Source of the DNA: Macrostomum lignano
Lineage: Eukaryota
NCBI GenBank assembly: GCA_002269645.1
Contig: NIVC01002188.1
Location: 1 to 64,000 of the forward strand
Reading direction: 5' to 3'
DNA length: 64,000 bases
The position numbers and the translations under genes are program-made. Numbering within the stretch: the first letter of the stretch is position 1; each line of letters opens with the position of its first letter. Shown here one piece after another: positions 60,713 through 64,000 of this stretch. Under the pieces are notes generated by a model. It had not been told where the DNA came from and made no database searches. It worked only from the letters and a program-made list of their open reading frames with translations.

Positions 60713-61324
60713 CTAGGGTTCTAGTAGGTCGTTAACAAATTTTCTAGATTTTTTTAAAACAATGAACGAAAAATGAAAAAAACAGCAAAAATGCTTGTAA
60801 ACGAGAATGTCACATGTTTAATAGTGATTTTCATCAATATTTCTGTCTGTCCTGAAGCTGGATTTTACTATACGCACACGGCACGGCAAAACAGAAAATA
60901 TTGGATAATTATTAAACAGCTAATACAGAGAATTTGCATTGAAATTTTAATCAATAAAACATCAATTTCAGTACATTTTAAACAATGATAAAACGAAAAG
61001 CAAAGGGCAGAATTGGCATTTAATAAACACTAATTTTAACAATATTGATTATTAGTTAATGAATCAAATATTATTGAGTTCGGACTAGAAAGACAAAAAA
61101 TGCTAATTTTTGTAATATTACACATATGAGCAAGACAGTAAGTACATCAGCTTAGCAGTGTTAGTTTAGCTGGTGCTTATATACGAGCACCTCTTCAGAG
61201 ACACTTTGTTCAGCTACTTCAGGGATCTTTGCGGATCCTTCATGAAACTAAAGGATTTAAAAAAATTACTGTTGGAGTATTTAGTTTCCTTAAGGATCAT
61301 TTAGAGTTTTCCTCAGACACTTAG

Positions 61325-61790
61325 ACCCTTCAGAAAACATTCCATCTTCTACAGATGATGACCCTTAGCTTTTTCAGAAGGACTCTTCAGATTCCTCGAA
61401 GGACTCTTCAGCCTCTTCAGGGGACCCTTTAGCCTCTTTAGGGGGACCCTTCAGCCTCTTTAAGGGACTCTTCAGCTTCCACAGAGGACCCTTCAGCCTC
61501 TTTAGGGGGATCCTTTAGCTTCCACAGAGGACCCTTCAGCCTCTTTAGGGGGATCCTTTAGCTTCCACAGAGGACCCTTCAGCCTCTTTAGGGGGATCCT
61601 TTAGCTTCCTCAGAGGACCCTTCAGCCTCTTCAGGGGCGCCTTCAGGCTCTTCAGGGGGCCTTCAGGCTTTCCAGGGAGACCTCCATCCTCTTCAGGGGG
61701 GGGGGGCTTTCAGGCTCTTCAGGGGGGGGACTTCAGGCTTTTCCCTTCAGCTTCTTCAGAGGACTCCTCAGCCTCTTCTGAATATTGTCA
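61325..61790. repeat. Degenerate ~21-bp repeat (GGACCCTTCAGCCTCTTTAGG) with a dimeric core
   Basis: Direct observation, downstream of the CDK10 stop. Confidence 0.8.
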
Positions 61791-61911
61791 GATAATTACT
61801 CCAGTAGGGAGCTTCCTTGAAAAAGAAGCAATTGTTTGCTATACTCAGACAACAAAACGACAAGGCCAAACACACAGAAGCGACATACATCATCAGATCG
61901 AACGGCAATTT

Positions 61912-62232
61912 TCAATCTCTTGGCGCCTGCATTTTTCGCCGTTTAAGCCGATGCTGCGGAAACGACGGCATCAAAGCCGGCTGGCAGGGATAAGGAGACT
62001 CTTTGAAGTAGCTGTGACTCTGAGCCTCGGTTGCTGTGGCCCTCTGCGCCGGGTCGTACATGAACAGGTGCTGCATCAGGCTGAGGCCGCGCTCAGTTAA
62101 TATCGGCAATTTCTGGCGCAGATTGTTGTACGGCTGCTGGCGTAGGGAGAACTGGCGCATCGCGGGCAGTTGGTCAACGCCTGGCCAAATTGCTTCGTGC
62201 GGCGTGCCCAGTAGCTCGATGATCAGGTTCAC
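61912..62232 (-). CDS. CDK10: CDK10 last coding exon
   Basis: CAG|GTG acceptor; VNLIIELLGTP..IWPG...QPYNNLRQK...LFMYDP..RATA...SYFKE.PYPC.PALMPSFPQHR matches the CDK10 C-lobe and tail. Confidence 0.93.
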   Translation of the reverse strand: MNLIIELLGTPHEAIWPGVDQLPAMRQFSLRQQPYNNLRQKLPILTERGLSLMQHLFMYDPAQRATATEAQSHSYFKESPYPCQPALMPSFPQHRLKRRKMQAPRD

Positions 62233-62339
62233 CTGGTGGGTGTCGGGTGAAATTAGTGCAGCTGGGATTGTACCACAGATATTCATAGATCAAGGATCAT
62301 AGACAACAGCTTGACAGATTTTAGCCAGGGTCGTGTAGT

Positions 62340-62640
62340 ACCATTCGAGGGTTAGGAAGGACCATAGTCATTCTCAGGGGTCAAGAAAGGCCATAGACAA
62401 TAGCAGGGGTCAGGAAAGACCATAGACATTCTCAGGGACAGGAAAGGCCTTAGACATTCTCAGGGTCAGGAAAGACCATAGACAATATCAGGGGTCAGGA
62501 AAGGCCATATACAATATCAGGGGTCAGGAAAGACCATAGACAATATCAGGGGTCAGGAAAGACCATAGACAATAGCAGGGGTCAGGAAAGGCCATAGACG
62601 TTGTTAGGGGTCATGAAGGGTCATAGACATTCTCAGGGCC
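62340..62640. repeat. 29-bp intronic minisatellite (GGGGTCAGGAAAGACCATAGACAATATCA)
   Basis: ~10 copies inside CDK10 intron 62233-62725. Confidence 0.92.
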
Positions 62641-62725
62641 AAAAGTACTACAGCCGAGAGTGAGCGAGTCAGGGGTTGACAAAAGGACATAGAAGCATCA
62701 CGCAGCACTAGGCCGTCCTACTGAC

Positions 62726-63031
62726 CTGTTGTATCTCCGACTGTCCGGGCAGCAGGGGTTTGTTCAATAGCAGCTCAGCCATGACGCAGCCAGCAGACCA
62801 CATATCAATGGCCGTGGTGTACCTGTCGTCACCGAGCAGCAGTTCGATGGCTCGATACCACAGCGTCACTACTACAGGCGTAGAAGCGGCTTTCAACGGC
62901 AGCTGGAAGGTGCGGGCTAAACCGAAATCGGCTATTTTGAGCACACCCTGGTCAGTTAGAAGCAGGTTGGACACTTTGATGTCCCGGTGAATTATGTAAT
63001 TGTCGTGCAGGTAGCCAAGGCCGTCGAATAC
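62726..63031 (-). CDS. CDK10: CDK10 internal exon (catalytic loop and activation segment)
   Basis: TTTAG acceptor, GTCAGT donor, 102 codons: [24 protein letters not shown]...ADFGLAR...[14 protein letters not shown]...PGQSEIQQ. Confidence 0.94.
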
Positions 63032-63099
63032 CTAAATAGGAGTATTTAGGTATTCGGAGAATCGGAGTATCTTGGAATATCAAATAGTCCAAGATCTTA

Positions 63100-63500
63100 C
63101 TGATCTCTAGACCTCAATACCGATGATCTATAGATCCCAATCCTGATGATCTCTAGATCCCAATACTGATGATCTCTAGATCCCAATCCTGATGATCTCT
63201 AGATCTCAATCCTGATGATCTCTAGATCTCAAACCTGATGATCTCTAGATCTCAATCCTGATGATCTCTAGATCCCAATCCTGATGATCTCTAGATCTCA
63301 ATCTTGATGATCTCTAGATCTCAATCCTGATGATCTCTAGATCTCAATACCGATGATCTCTAGATCCCAATCCTGATGATCTCTAGATCACAATTTTGAT
63401 TATCTCTGGGTCATAATCCTGATCCCAATACTTATCCCACTCCTGACGATCTATAGATCCCAATCCCGATTGTCTCTAGATCTCATACCCGATCTCTAGA
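63100..63500. repeat. 23-bp intronic minisatellite (TCTCTAGATCCCAATCCTGATGA)
   Basis: ~15 copies inside CDK10 intron 63032-63627. Confidence 0.93.
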
Positions 63501-63627
63501 TCCCAGTTCAGATTTCCTTGAAATCTATTATTTCCAAAACACCTTTCTAATCTCAACGATTTTTAAAGATAAAAAAATTAACAATGATAGAAAGAACTCC
63601 ATAATAAAACATAATTAGTAAACCCAC

Positions 63628-64000
63628 CTGCAGCATAATGCACTTGACCTGAGCCTCAGTAAATGGCGTAGGCATATTATCGATAAGGCTGGCCAAATCC
63701 TGTTCGCAGTACTCCATCACTAGGAAAATATTCGCTAGGCCTCGCCCAACAGCCACCTCGCGCAGCTGTACAATATTCTGGTGCCGGCAGCGCAGCAGCA
63801 GGCTGATCTCCCGCAGCGAAGACATTGGCAATCCGTGCCGGCTGCCGTCCTGCTGACTCATCCGGACCCGCTTCAGCGCCACCACTTGTTCGCCGGTCAA
63901 ATCGCGCGCCCTGTACACCACGCCGTAGGTGCCCTCGCCGATTCGTTCGAGTTTTTGAAAGTCGGCCACCGGACGACAATGGGCGGCAGATTGGCGGGCG
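63628..64000 (-). CDS. CDK10: CDK10 N-lobe exon (continues beyond window)
   Basis: [81 protein letters not shown]|GTGGGT; PISSLRE-type helix is CDK10-like. Confidence 0.94.

Noticed and set aside
63100-63500. Repeated CTGATGA as hammerhead cores
   Set aside because: No GAAA or stem III partner in the unit.
1-64000. CRISPR-like arrays
   Set aside because: All arrays are head-to-tail with no unique spacers; eukaryotic context; no cas genes.

Overview
Animal (metazoan) genomic DNA: GC-rich exons sit in AT-rich sequence packed with minisatellites and transposons. The style resembles a free-living flatworm such as Macrostomum, but that is inference only. Host genes supported by the sequence: a Cas-family (BCAR1/p130Cas) SH3 exon (minus strand, continuing off the left edge), a three-repeat beta-thymosin gene, an RBM12-like multi-RRM gene with a long RGG repeat and an internal -1 frame break, ANAPC11, and three exons of CDK10 (5' end beyond the right edge). 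Mobile DNA: one intact 4.2-kb Mag-type Ty3/Gypsy element with identical 181-bp LTRs; several decayed RNase H/CCHC LINE fragments; a nested stack of an hAT, a piggyBac transposase pseudogene and a MITE; a MULE-like element inside another MULE-like element; a mariner-type MITE; other inverted-repeat elements; and a decayed hammerhead-ribozyme motif. More than a dozen tandem arrays (16-51 bp units) account for most long ORFs in the ORF track. The most unusual signals are two palindromic octamers of the form TA-NNNN-TA. TACATGTA is dispersed and appears to be inserted into older sequence. TAGGCCTA occurs 13 times in about 1.75 kb once a later hAT insertion is removed. Both also occur as 6-nt-periodic doubles. 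An in-phase A_AAT_TTC slippery heptamer at the RBM12 frame break is also notable. No rRNA, tRNA or CRISPR array was seen.
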